From an uncultured Bacteroidales bacterium (GTDB taxonomy: Bacteria; Bacteroidota; Bacteroidia; Bacteroidales; UBA3663): 64,000 nt of DNA. Where the stretch lies: positions 9,028 through 73,027 of the forward strand of contig CAJOLH010000040.1 of NCBI GenBank assembly GCA_905235375.1. The letters are read 5' to 3'. The notes under the pieces were generated by a model that was not told the origin of the DNA, did no database searches, and saw only the letters and a program-made list of their open reading frames with translations. Positions 37,053 to 46,622 of the stretch are shown here, piece after piece. Each line of letters starts with the position of its first letter. Position 1 is the first letter of the stretch. The position numbers and the translations under genes were made by a program.

Positions 37053-38527
37053 TGGAGTACCTGACTAAATTCTTTGATGCTGATGCGGACGGGTTCGATC
37101 ATGAACTCCGGACGGTTGTAGCACTTCAGACGGAAGGTGTCGGATTCGGGATCTTCCTGCGGCAAAAGGAAGGCTTTCGCGGCTTTTCCATCCTTGAAAT
37201 AGGAGAAATAGACATGGGTGAAGTTGCCATCTCCTCGGCGGCTGGAACACATGATCCAATGTCCGTTGCTCGACCAGGTGGGGTAGCTTTCGGCAAACCC
37301 TTCGCTGTTCAGGTTGGTGAGATCGACTGACGGAAGCGCCTGCCCGTCGAGCGGCATACAGGCAATGTCGCCATCGCTATGCCGGATGTGGAAACATCCA
37401 TACTGCCCTTGGGCGAAGAGCAGATAGCGGCCGTCGGGACTGACGCGAGGCAATGTTGCGCTCTTGTCATGCGAGGCAGCATCATAGACGAGCTCTTCGT
37501 CGCCAAAGCTGTGCGTTGCCAAGTCGAACGGACGGCGATAGAGGTTGTATTGCACTTTCCGGTAGGTTGATATGATATCCTTGTCGCGTAACTCCTCGGG
37601 AAGTGGGACGGTCTTGCAGTAATAGAGATATTTGCCATCGGGTGACCATGTGGGATACACCTCTAAAAGGGTGGAATCGTTGCTGATGATGCTCACCGAG
37701 TCGGTTGCCACGTCGTAGAGGATCAGGTCGCTGGCAAGGTCGAAGACCTCAATCTTGTTGGGATGTGCCGTATGGAATGCCTGCCGCGTCATGCAGGCTG
37801 CAAAGGCTACCAGCTTGGCAGTAGGATGCCATGCCGGATAAGCTCCGGCGGAGATGGTATAGTCGCGTTTCAAATCAACTTTCGAGACCTTGCCATCGTT
37901 CACAATTACCGTGCCACCATTGGAGAGGCGCACGTGGAAGAGCATATTATCAGTCTTGTAGTTCTGATAGCTGTGGCAGTTGATGCACTGGCCTTTGGCC
38001 CTGTCGTCGCAGGCAATCTCGTTGTTGAAGACCTGTGTCTCGTCGAACGAGGTGAGGTTGCGCTGGGCAATCTCCATGAACGACCATCCTGCATACGACG
38101 GCTCGATGAGGCGATAGGTCAGATATTCGTCGATAGGCTCCTGGGCCACAAGTATCTCGAACGGGTTGAACGATAGCCATTCGCCCTTCGTCTTCCCCCA
38201 GACTTCCACCCTGAGGCTCTTGCCCTTCGAGAGGTTGAGCATGGCGTGCCATTCGGCCTCGGGTATCTGCACCTTTACGCCGTCGCCATAGGTCTGCTGC
38301 CTGCCATCGGGCAGAGTGAAACGTGCCACACACTCCTCGAAATCTCCTGCGGGGAGCATGAAGTTGAGAGGCGCGATGTTGCAGGGCACGGTGACATTGC
38401 AGTAATCGGGGTAGATGGCTGGCAGACATTCAGCCTCGTGGCTTGAGGCCGGCACATCGGGATGATGCGTACATGAGGACAAGAACAGCAGGGCAGCAGC
38501 CAGCAGCAGGAATCGGGGAAAAGTCAT
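37049..38527 (-). CDS. Lipoprotein with one CxxCH heme c motif and a TolB/PD40-like beta-propeller (paralogue B), function unknown
   Basis: Lipobox LFLSSC. CINCH at 37973-37987 (complement). Shares LPxIYPDYxxVTxPxxIAPLNF, YRLIEPxY, QRNLxxF, NxIEVFDxASD and WSSNxxWxxxSSRRxDGxFT with paralogue A. Confidence 0.6.
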   Translation of the reverse strand: MTFPRFLLLAAALLFLSSCTHHPDVPASSHEAECLPAIYPDYCNVTVPCNIAPLNFMLPAGDFEECVARFTLPDGRQQTYGDGVKVQIPEAEWHAMLNLSKGKSLRVEVWGKTKGEWLSFNPFEILVAQEPIDEYLTYRLIEPSYAGWSFMEIAQRNLTSFDETQVFNNEIACDDRAKGQCINCHSYQNYKTDNMLFHVRLSNGGTVIVNDGKVSKVDLKRDYTISAGAYPAWHPTAKLVAFAACMTRQAFHTAHPNKIEVFDLASDLILYDVATDSVSIISNDSTLLEVYPTWSPDGKYLYYCKTVPLPEELRDKDIISTYRKVQYNLYRRPFDLATHSFGDEELVYDAASHDKSATLPRVSPDGRYLLFAQGQYGCFHIRHSDGDIACMPLDGQALPSVDLTNLNSEGFAESYPTWSSNGHWIMCSSRRGDGNFTHVYFSYFKDGKAAKAFLLPQEDPESDTFRLKCYNRPEFMIEPVRISIKEFSQVLQ

Positions 38528-38539
38528 GGTGATGAGGTA

Positions 38540-40285
38540 TTAATAGATTTTTCTGCCGAAGATGTTGTACCACCAGTAGGTGCCGCCCCAATCTTCACGC
38601 ATTGTTTCGCCAATCTTATCCAGTTGCTGGTTCGACCTTGCCTGTCGCTCCAGGGTCTCCCAGAACTGTTTGTAGCGCTCGTAAACCGCCTGTTCGACGG
38701 GGAGCATGAGCCGTTTCTCTTCCGGCGACTTGTCCATGAACATGATATAAGCCTCCTGTGCATGCAAGGGGAATTTCCCGTCGGGGTGCAGTCTCACATA
38801 TTTGCGCAGCGATTGCCAGAAGCGTCGGGAGTCGCGGCGCATCATGGCATAGAACAGTGCCTGTTCGGAGGCAACCTTGCTGTCGGATTCGTACCAGAGG
38901 CTGATGCTGTTGACAATATAACTGTCGCTGTTCTCCGTGCCGGTAAGTTCGTCGGGGAAGGAGTGTTGCAGTTCCTGTACCGTTTCGGAGACTGGTGCTG
39001 GTTGCCAATCCCCGTAGAACAGATGATGATGGAGCAGGGTGTTATAGCGTTCCTCCAGTTTCACGTCACCAGAGGCGTGGGCACAGCGGGAGAGCATCTT
39101 CAGGTAGAAGGGGGAGAACCCTGTTCGAATGGCATTTTCGTAAGCCAGACGGATGGCTTCATTCATCATGCCATAGTTGTAATATACCAGAGGCGATGCG
39201 ATGTTCAGGAGTCTGACATGGAGCGAATCGGGGGTGTTGACCTCTCCACCGTTGTTGCCTAACTTGAACGAACGTTCGAGCAGTCCACCTTCGTTCATCA
39301 TGGCAATGTTCCTGAGCATGACCATCGTGACGGTTGGTTTCGGCGTGTCTGCTGCCACATGAAGGACACGCTCCCAGTCGTCGTCGGCAGCATAGCGCAC
39401 CATGCGCATCTCGTCGATGTAGTTCCGATCCTGGAACATGAGGGACATGGTGAAAATGATGCCGGCGGCAGCACATATCATCGGAACAAACCATCGGGAA
39501 AGATACCTGCTGCACAGCGGAATGAGCACCGAGACTGCTGCAAGCACCTGGAACGGGATGGAGAGATGAGTGCCGGAGTCATGAGCCGTTGCGAAACGAG
39601 GCCAGCCCGCCAGCATGACATCTTCGGCGTTCAGACCAGAATATAGAAGCACCCGCCAGATGTGAGCGGCAAAGATGAGCAGGATGATGCCCAGCAGTTC
39701 CCGCCAGGTCGGTTTCCCCAAAAGGGCAAGACACAGCACGAAGAGCATGGCAAACCAACCAAGCACGGGATAGGCGCAGAAGGCAAGCAGATACCAGACA
39801 AGATGCCACCGCCGTGGGGTGCAGCGTGCCGCCCACAGGCACAGCAGCATGACCAGATAGCCCAACGACTGGGAGAACCAATAGCCGGCAAACGGGGAAA
39901 TATAGATTCGATAGCCGACCTCGACAACCGATGCGAGCAGACAGGCAACCGGCAGGAGCATCAGGGCAGAGGCTTCGCCCTGGAGCTGGAATGCCTTTGT
40001 GCCCGCAAGGAAGATGAGGGTCCAGAGACCCATCAGCACCAATGCACCTAAGGCTGGATAATAGAACAACTGGGTGATCCAGGCTCCAGCATATTGCATC
40101 AGGCCAAAGGGCTTCGAAACAAGCGTATGGAAATAGGACGCTCCGATGAAGAATTCAGAACGGTCGTGTGCCGTGTAGAGCACCTCCTGATTTATATATA
40201 ATATGTATATGACAAATGCAATGAAAGCCAATAGACTTACATTGAGAATGACCGCAGCTGCCTTGTTTCTCGGATTCACTTCCAT
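38540..40285 (-). CDS. Polytopic membrane protein with a C-terminal helical domain, paralogue A (DUF6057-like, unverified)
   Basis: About 581 aa from the ATG (MEVNPRNK; the track uses a TTG at 40291). It has N-terminal TM helices and shares the ...PGxxxxxxGxxxTQxF... and ...LFYxxW... motifs with 35559-37052. Confidence 0.55.
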   Translation of the reverse strand: MEVNPRNKAAAVILNVSLLAFIAFVIYILYINQEVLYTAHDRSEFFIGASYFHTLVSKPFGLMQYAGAWITQLFYYPALGALVLMGLWTLIFLAGTKAFQLQGEASALMLLPVACLLASVVEVGYRIYISPFAGYWFSQSLGYLVMLLCLWAARCTPRRWHLVWYLLAFCAYPVLGWFAMLFVLCLALLGKPTWRELLGIILLIFAAHIWRVLLYSGLNAEDVMLAGWPRFATAHDSGTHLSIPFQVLAAVSVLIPLCSRYLSRWFVPMICAAAGIIFTMSLMFQDRNYIDEMRMVRYAADDDWERVLHVAADTPKPTVTMVMLRNIAMMNEGGLLERSFKLGNNGGEVNTPDSLHVRLLNIASPLVYYNYGMMNEAIRLAYENAIRTGFSPFYLKMLSRCAHASGDVKLEERYNTLLHHHLFYGDWQPAPVSETVQELQHSFPDELTGTENSDSYIVNSISLWYESDSKVASEQALFYAMMRRDSRRFWQSLRKYVRLHPDGKFPLHAQEAYIMFMDKSPEEKRLMLPVEQAVYERYKQFWETLERQARSNQQLDKIGETMREDWGGTYWWYNIFGRKIY

Positions 40286-40296
40286 ACTCAAAAAGC

Positions 40297-40334
40297 ATAA
40301 TAAGCTGACTCATTTGATTGAGCCAGCTCATTAT
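40297..40334. other. Imperfect 16-bp stem-loop in the spacer between the small lipoprotein gene and the membrane/heme triad
   Basis: ATAATAAGCTGACTCA (40297-40312) and TGAGCCAGCTCATTAT (40319-40334), with 2 mismatches and a 6-nt loop. Confidence 0.5.
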
Positions 40335-40356
40335 TGATTAAACCGACATGGGGGGA

Positions 40357-41082
40357 TTATTCCTCATAGTAAACACTGGTGAAGGATGCTTCACCGTTGG
40401 TGAGCAGAAGGTTCAAGTCACGACCTTCACCGCCGTTGCCTCGGGCGCAATCCTTGGCAATCTGCTCGGTGATTTGCACCTCCCACTTCATGCCTGAAGT
40501 CAAGGGGATATTGTCCTCATAAGTGGTGCTCCACCAGCCGTTCATGATGCGGGCAGTGCAGCCCTCGCTGGCTTCCTTGACGTCAACGATGAGGGTCTTC
40601 AGGCCGAAATAGACTTCGTCGGAGAGGTAGGGGAAGTTCTTGCCCTCGTTGTCGCTGAAGCGCAGAGGTGCTGCATCCCATGAGCCGACGGAGAACTCAC
40701 CTTCCCAGATGATGTACTTCGTGAGCGGATTGGTGATCTCCTGACAACTAACAGGGTAGTTGGCCTCAAGCAGGGTGCCGTCAGCACAAAGTGCTCTCAA
40801 GGTAACGGTATGATCACCAAGCTTCAGCTTCTTCCAGTAATAATTGTTGGCAACAATCTTTCCTTCATCACCATCGACAAACCAGGCGGCATTGACGGGT
40901 GCAGAGGTCGTACAAGTGATGACGTTGCCATTCACTCCACTGGCAGCCTTGTCAGTAGTGACAGTAGTCATAGCCTTGAGCTCGTCAAGAGAGATGTGAC
41001 CGTCATTGCTGATATCCTCCTCAACGGAATCACAGGCAACAAACGCACACATAATGGCGATAAATAAAAATATCTTTTTCAT
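40357..41082 (-). CDS. Small surface lipoprotein (SGBP position; Ig-like N-terminus plus Trp-rich CBM-like C-terminus)
   Basis: Lipobox CAFVAC. The C-terminal half (IIWEGEFSVGSWDAAPLRF...IMNGWWSTTYE...) resembles the C-terminal modules of the 785-aa SGBP in PUL 1. Confidence 0.55.
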   Translation of the reverse strand: MKKIFLFIAIMCAFVACDSVEEDISNDGHISLDELKAMTTVTTDKAASGVNGNVITCTTSAPVNAAWFVDGDEGKIVANNYYWKKLKLGDHTVTLRALCADGTLLEANYPVSCQEITNPLTKYIIWEGEFSVGSWDAAPLRFSDNEGKNFPYLSDEVYFGLKTLIVDVKEASEGCTARIMNGWWSTTYEDNIPLTSGMKWEVQITEQIAKDCARGNGGEGRDLNLLLTNGEASFTSVYYEE

Positions 41083-41100
41083 ATTGATTACTTGTAAAAA

Positions 41101-43002
41101 TTAATTGTAAAGATCCACATATTGAGTTTCCGGGTTAGCTGCGTCCCAACCAGGGTTCTGCTCAAGATTACCATTCATCAGGGTAATCTGTGACTGAGGC
41201 TTAGCCAAGAAACCATTGGTCTCGGCATATCGCTTAGCCCATGAGCAAGTCATGTGCCTCATAGAGACCTTGTTTGCAGTATTGCCCTTGACGACAATCT
41301 GCTTGCCGGCCTGTGCCTGAAGAGCCCTGGCAGCGTATGAATCCTCACCGGAGTCTTTACCCGACCAGCGACGCATATCGTTGAAACGAAGTCCCTCGAA
41401 TGCAAACTCCCAGCGGCGCTCGTCCTGAACGGCCTTCAGAGAGTACGGTGTCAGAGGAACGCCGGCACGAGCCTGAACCTGGTTCATGTAGGAAGCATCG
41501 CCCGTAAGCTCGGTCAGCATCAGCAGCACATCAGCATAGCGCATCAGGTAGAAATCCTCAAAGTGGCATCCCTGCATGGAATTTCCAAGAGTGCCTCCCG
41601 AATTGAAATCAGGATTGACAGCCTCCCACCAGGGTGTGTCACCTGTCAGCGCATCAAGCGTGACACCGTTCCACTTCTTTACGCCATAGCCGGACTCCTC
41701 ACAGTCGTCCTTTACGTAAGAGTATTCTGTAAGTTCATTCTCACAGTCAATCAAGGAACCAAGTTTGCGGATGTCGGTGTAGCCGCCAGTGACCTCTGCA
41801 TTGGTCCAGTCGTCCCAGATGTTGCACGAAGGAGTGCCCTGGCCCCAGCCCTGGGTGAACGGATAGGTGTAGTCACGATTACCGTTGTTGCCGTTTACAC
41901 GGAGAGCCCACCAGCACGAAAGATAGTTGCAATACATACGTGCAGTGGAATAGGTTCCACCAATATTCCAATTGGAAGCATTCATGAACTGGATCTGGAA
42001 GAGCTCCTCATCGTTGCCGTTGCCCATGCCGGGCTGGTCGAAGCAGTTCTCTCGCTTCATGTCGGCGATGAAGTCGTAGGCATGGCCTGTGCCGTTGCCG
42101 GTAGCATCCTCATTGTCGTGAGCCTCATCCCAGAGCAGACTGTTGGAGTACTGCCAGAGTGAACGGTAGTCTTCAAGAAGTTTGTAGGCACCGCTGGAAA
42201 CGACCTCCTTCAGACCAGCGACAACATCTGACTGGGAAAGAGACCCCGAGCAACCCTCCTGCTCAACGAGTTCGATGGCAGGGCCAGAACCGCCGGCAAG
42301 TTCACCAGCCTTCTTGTAGAAGCCAGCCCAGAACATATAGGCACGGGCAAGGAAAGCCTCGGCAACATACTTGTTGGCATGGCCTGAATTCTTCTCACCG
42401 CTCATGAGGTTCTTGCCAGATACTAAGTCGGAAAGGATCTGAGGATAAATAACATCCTCGGCACTGACCTGCTTCTTCATCTCCTCGGTAATGAGGGTGG
42501 AAGTGATCAGGGGCACATCGCCATACAGCTGAGTGAGCCAGAGCGTGTAGAGACCACGCATGAAATAACCCTCGCCGAGAAGCTGGTTGCGCTTCGACTC
42601 ATTGCCTTTCCAATCCACATTGTCGATGGTCTCAATCTGGTTGTTGGCACGGTTGATACCACCATAGAGCAGTATGAAGGGCATTTCGAACTGGTTAGTA
42701 CTCATCTCAACAAGATGGTGCAAAGCCTTCACCTTGTTGTCCTGCAGACCACCACTGCCGTAGCAGTTGTCGGACATGACTTCCCACCAATAGAAAGGAT
42801 GCTGCGTATCGGCATCTCCACCACCCATGGTATTCATGATACTGTAGGTTGCAGTATTCAATGCCTCCACATCTCCAATCTTGCCAGGGAATGTGGCTTG
42901 AGTGGCATCGGTAACGCGCGGATCGGTGTCCAGCATGTCATCGCAGGATGTAAATATTGCTGCTGAACAAACAACAACTGCTGATAAAATATATTTTTTC
43001 AT
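41101..43002 (-). CDS. SusD/RagB-family lipoprotein (PUL 2)
   Basis: Preferred start MKKYILSAVVVCSAAIFTSCDD (ATG 43002). SusD-like pattern. Downstream of SusC. Confidence 0.9.
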   Translation of the reverse strand: MKKYILSAVVVCSAAIFTSCDDMLDTDPRVTDATQATFPGKIGDVEALNTATYSIMNTMGGGDADTQHPFYWWEVMSDNCYGSGGLQDNKVKALHHLVEMSTNQFEMPFILLYGGINRANNQIETIDNVDWKGNESKRNQLLGEGYFMRGLYTLWLTQLYGDVPLITSTLITEEMKKQVSAEDVIYPQILSDLVSGKNLMSGEKNSGHANKYVAEAFLARAYMFWAGFYKKAGELAGGSGPAIELVEQEGCSGSLSQSDVVAGLKEVVSSGAYKLLEDYRSLWQYSNSLLWDEAHDNEDATGNGTGHAYDFIADMKRENCFDQPGMGNGNDEELFQIQFMNASNWNIGGTYSTARMYCNYLSCWWALRVNGNNGNRDYTYPFTQGWGQGTPSCNIWDDWTNAEVTGGYTDIRKLGSLIDCENELTEYSYVKDDCEESGYGVKKWNGVTLDALTGDTPWWEAVNPDFNSGGTLGNSMQGCHFEDFYLMRYADVLLMLTELTGDASYMNQVQARAGVPLTPYSLKAVQDERRWEFAFEGLRFNDMRRWSGKDSGEDSYAARALQAQAGKQIVVKGNTANKVSMRHMTCSWAKRYAETNGFLAKPQSQITLMNGNLEQNPGWDAANPETQYVDLYN

Positions 43003-43030
43003 AATTATCAATTATCAATTATCAATGGTC
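43003..43030. repeat. Heptamer array (AATTATC x3 plus AATGGTC) filling the SusC-SusD spacer
   Basis: The sense (minus) strand reads ...GATAATTGATAATTGATAATT and abuts the SusD ATG. Confidence 0.85.
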
Positions 43031-43032
43031 AA

Positions 43033-46000
43033 TTAAAACTTGATACTTGCACCAACCAGGTATGTACGTGACGGTGGGTAAAGACCCAGGTCGATTCCAG
43101 AAGCCCATCCTTCGGCACCTGCGGCATTGCCTACCTCAGGGTCGAGGCCAGTATAGCCGGTGAATGTATAGAGGTTCTGAGCCTGAACGTAGAAGCGGAG
43201 CTGCTGCAATGGGCAGGACTTCCAGATCTTCTTGAAGTCGTAACCGAATGTAACGGTCTTGATCTTGAAGTAGTCGGCATCCTCCATGTAGCGGGTAGAA
43301 ACATAGTTGGTATTGGGGTGACCAGTACCCGAGATACGTGGAACGTCGTTCGAGGTGCCTTCACCATGCCAACGATCAAAGATCGTGGTATCGTAGTTGT
43401 GCCACCAGGAATCACTGTAAGAACGGTAAGAACGCATGATCTGCATACCAAATGCACCTGCACCGTTGACAGCGAAATCGAAGCCCTTCCAAGAACATCC
43501 GAGGTTGATACCCAGGGTTACATCGGGGTTAGGATTACCAATCTCATGACGGTCGGTAAGGTCGCCTTCAGCGTAGGTAATCACACCATCACCATTCCAG
43601 TCGTCCCAGATGCAGTCACCAGGCTGTGCGCCATCGAGCACGGCCTTGCCAGCTGCTTTTGCAGCATCAATCTCGGCCTGGTTCTGCCAGATACCACTGT
43701 AAGACATGCCGAAGAAGTAGCCAATGGGCTTGCCCTCCTGGGCACGGTAGATATACTCTGTACCCTGTGAGAGGATACTGGGACTACCATTGATATAGCC
43801 ATTTTCGTTGGCAATACGTGTAACCTCGTTCTTATTGGTAGCAAGGTTCACACCGATGTTGTAATGGAAGTCCTTGCCAACCTGGTCGTTCCAGGTGAGA
43901 GCAATTTCCACACCCTTGTTCTCAACGTCACCGCCATTGATGTAAGCAGGGTTGGTACCCTCGATGGCAATACGCGGGGCAACAATAAGCCAGTCCTTGG
44001 TGGTCTTCTTATACCAGTCGAAGTTCAAGCCCAAACGGCTGTCGAGGAAACGTGCATCGAAACCGAAGTCAAGCTGCTCGGAAGTCTCCCATGTTACATC
44101 AGGATTAGGCACGATGTTAGCGTAAGCACCGACATTGGGCTTGCCGGTCAAAGTGAAGTCCATGCTGTCGCTGAACTTATAGCCGCTATCACCTGCACTG
44201 CCCGACTGGGCAATGGTAGCCAGATACTGGTACTTGGCAATACGGTTGTTACCGTTCTGGCCCCAGGAAGCACGGATCTTGAAGAAGTCGAGCCAGCTGC
44301 TGGTGCTCTCCATGAACGACTCATTGGAAACTACCCAACCGGCAGATACAGAGGGGAAGGAGCCCCAACGATTACCCTCGGAGAAGATGCTCGAACCGTC
44401 GTAACGCATGGTAAAGGTGGCCATATAGGTTTCTTTCCAGTCCCAAGTCACACGACCGAACCAGGATGCCAGATACTCATCGTCATTGGGGTAGCCATCA
44501 AGAGAAGCATTGCTGAGGTCGGTGCTGAAATTGCGCAGCCATGCCGAATTCCAATCCTTGAGAGTAGCATACTGCGACCCCTCATTAACATTGTTGGAAC
44601 CACTGAGGTTGGTACTCCAGCCAGAGCTCTGGAAAGTCTGACCGACCATCGCGCTGATCTTATGACCACTGATAATAGGAAGGTCGTAGGTAAGCGTATT
44701 CTCAATGGAGTAGTTGGTGCTCAACCAAGTGCTCTGGCTGACACTATATGTTGAAACAGTGCCTGAACCAGAAGAGGGAGAACGTGGCTCTCCGAAGCTG
44801 CGATAGGCACCAGAGCTCCAGTTGAAGTTGAACTGACTGCGGAATCTCAGGCCCTTGATAGGCTGGATAACCAAGAAAGCAGTAGCACTGGTGTTGATGT
44901 TGCGGCTTTCGGCCATGGAGTTGAAGCCACCCTTTGAGAGACCCTCGTAGGGATTGTTGAACCAATAGTCGTTCCACTTGGTGCCAGGAATAGGATTACC
45001 GGCCTCGTCATACAGTTCACCATAATTAACATGGTTATAAAGCTCACCATTGTCATCATAAATAGGTACGAGCGGGTTCGTCTGGAGCAGACTGTGGATA
45101 TAGCTCCAGTACATGCCGTCCTCAGCCAGGTCGTGGTTCTTGTTGTAGCCGATAGAGATGTTCTCACCGATGGTGATGGCATCGAAGTCCTTCACTTTCA
45201 GAAGCACGTGATCGCTGTTGATGCGGATAGTATGGCGCTTGTAGTAAGATGCCTGATCAGCACCCATGATGCCTTCATTGCCGGTATAGGTATAGGACAA
45301 TGCAAACTTTGAACGATCGGAACCACCGGTCATGGTCACAGAATGATTCTGCTGCAAGGCATTGTCGTTCTCGAATTCACCCCACCAGTCAGTGCCTTCC
45401 CAACCGTTGGCAACACGATTAAGAATGTACTGCGGAACATAATCCGAGAAGTTGACCTTCTGGCCAGAAGTGTTAAAGCTGTACTCATCCATAATGGTCA
45501 GATACTGCTGGGCATTCAGCATCTGTGGGCGCTTGTAAACGTTAGACCAGCCGAAGACACCGTTGTAGCTGAGCTCAATCTTTCCAGCCTTGCCCTGCTT
45601 CGTGGTTACGAGGATCACACCGTTGGCAGCACGAGAACCGTAGATGGCTGCAGAGGCAGCGTCCTTCAGCACGTCGATCGACTCGATATCGTTCGGGTTG
45701 ATGCCGTCGAGGTTGCCGCCAGCCACACCGTCGATTACATACAGAGGCTGAGAGTCACCGATGGTGCCGACACCACGGATGAAAACCTTGTAGCCCTTGC
45801 CAGGCTGCGACGACGACTGGGTGATCTGCACACCGGGAGTGCTCGACTGCATGGCTTCGAGTGCGTTGGTGGTGTTCAGCTTGGAGATGTCATCACCCTT
45901 AACCTGAACGGTGGCACCTGTCACCAGCTTCTTCTTCATGGTACCGTAACCGATGACAACCACATCCTCGAGTGACTGACTGTCCTCGTGAAGGGTGATG

Positions 46001-46308
46001 GTCATGTTGGGAGCGGCCTTGACAGAAACGGATACGTAGCCGATGAAGCTGATCTCAAGCTCAGAGCCAGCGGGTGTATCCAATGAGAACTTGCCGTCGA
46101 TGTCGGTGACGGCACCATTTGTAGTACCTTTGACGCGAATGTTGGCGCCGATAACGGGGTCGCCAAACTCGTCAACTACAGTACCGGTAATCTTCTGGTT
46201 TTGTGCTTCCACAGTTTGCATCAAACTTGGAGCTACGAAACCAGGAGCACCACTAATAAGCAACATGGTTAGACCAGCTGCAAGCCAAGTGTTTCTTGTT
46301 TTGCTCAT
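43033..46308 (-). CDS. SusC-family TonB-dependent transporter (PUL 2)
   Basis: 1091 aa with a signal peptide, a carboxypeptidase-regulatory-like domain (ITGTVVDEFGDPVIGANIRVKGTTNG), a plug and C-terminal ...YLVGASIKF. Confidence 0.9.
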   Translation of the reverse strand: MSKTRNTWLAAGLTMLLISGAPGFVAPSLMQTVEAQNQKITGTVVDEFGDPVIGANIRVKGTTNGAVTDIDGKFSLDTPAGSELEISFIGYVSVSVKAAPNMTITLHEDSQSLEDVVVIGYGTMKKKLVTGATVQVKGDDISKLNTTNALEAMQSSTPGVQITQSSSQPGKGYKVFIRGVGTIGDSQPLYVIDGVAGGNLDGINPNDIESIDVLKDAASAAIYGSRAANGVILVTTKQGKAGKIELSYNGVFGWSNVYKRPQMLNAQQYLTIMDEYSFNTSGQKVNFSDYVPQYILNRVANGWEGTDWWGEFENDNALQQNHSVTMTGGSDRSKFALSYTYTGNEGIMGADQASYYKRHTIRINSDHVLLKVKDFDAITIGENISIGYNKNHDLAEDGMYWSYIHSLLQTNPLVPIYDDNGELYNHVNYGELYDEAGNPIPGTKWNDYWFNNPYEGLSKGGFNSMAESRNINTSATAFLVIQPIKGLRFRSQFNFNWSSGAYRSFGEPRSPSSGSGTVSTYSVSQSTWLSTNYSIENTLTYDLPIISGHKISAMVGQTFQSSGWSTNLSGSNNVNEGSQYATLKDWNSAWLRNFSTDLSNASLDGYPNDDEYLASWFGRVTWDWKETYMATFTMRYDGSSIFSEGNRWGSFPSVSAGWVVSNESFMESTSSWLDFFKIRASWGQNGNNRIAKYQYLATIAQSGSAGDSGYKFSDSMDFTLTGKPNVGAYANIVPNPDVTWETSEQLDFGFDARFLDSRLGLNFDWYKKTTKDWLIVAPRIAIEGTNPAYINGGDVENKGVEIALTWNDQVGKDFHYNIGVNLATNKNEVTRIANENGYINGSPSILSQGTEYIYRAQEGKPIGYFFGMSYSGIWQNQAEIDAAKAAGKAVLDGAQPGDCIWDDWNGDGVITYAEGDLTDRHEIGNPNPDVTLGINLGCSWKGFDFAVNGAGAFGMQIMRSYRSYSDSWWHNYDTTIFDRWHGEGTSNDVPRISGTGHPNTNYVSTRYMEDADYFKIKTVTFGYDFKKIWKSCPLQQLRFYVQAQNLYTFTGYTGLDPEVGNAAGAEGWASGIDLGLYPPSRTYLVGASIKF

Positions 46309-46430
46309 TGATTGGTAGTTTTAGTTAAATATGTTAGTTTTGTGTTAGATTGCAATTGATAAATGTGGGTGCTTGCTTTCGTGGTAGTATTGTGTAAGGT
46401 AATGACACAATAATTCCATCAAAATCGTTG

Positions 46431-46438
46431 CAAAGATA
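46431..46438 (-). promoter_or_regulatory. Candidate -7 box (TATCTTTG) for SusC of PUL 2
   Basis: The complement of caaagata lies about 120 nt upstream of the ATG at 46308. Other TAnnTTTG-like matches occur in the same AT-rich 314-bp spacer. Confidence 0.35.
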
Positions 46439-46622
46439 TGTTTTTTCCATGAAAGGTTTGCAAAAGACTTATAATTTAACATTTCGATTTAACATTTTTA
46501 ACACTTTTGCAGGGCGAGTGCAAATTTATTGCAAAAATAGTATAATTTGTTATATGCAAATATCAACTTGCGGATGTTTTTTCTTGCGCAGAAACGAATC
46601 CTTTGATGGGAGGCATGATGAG

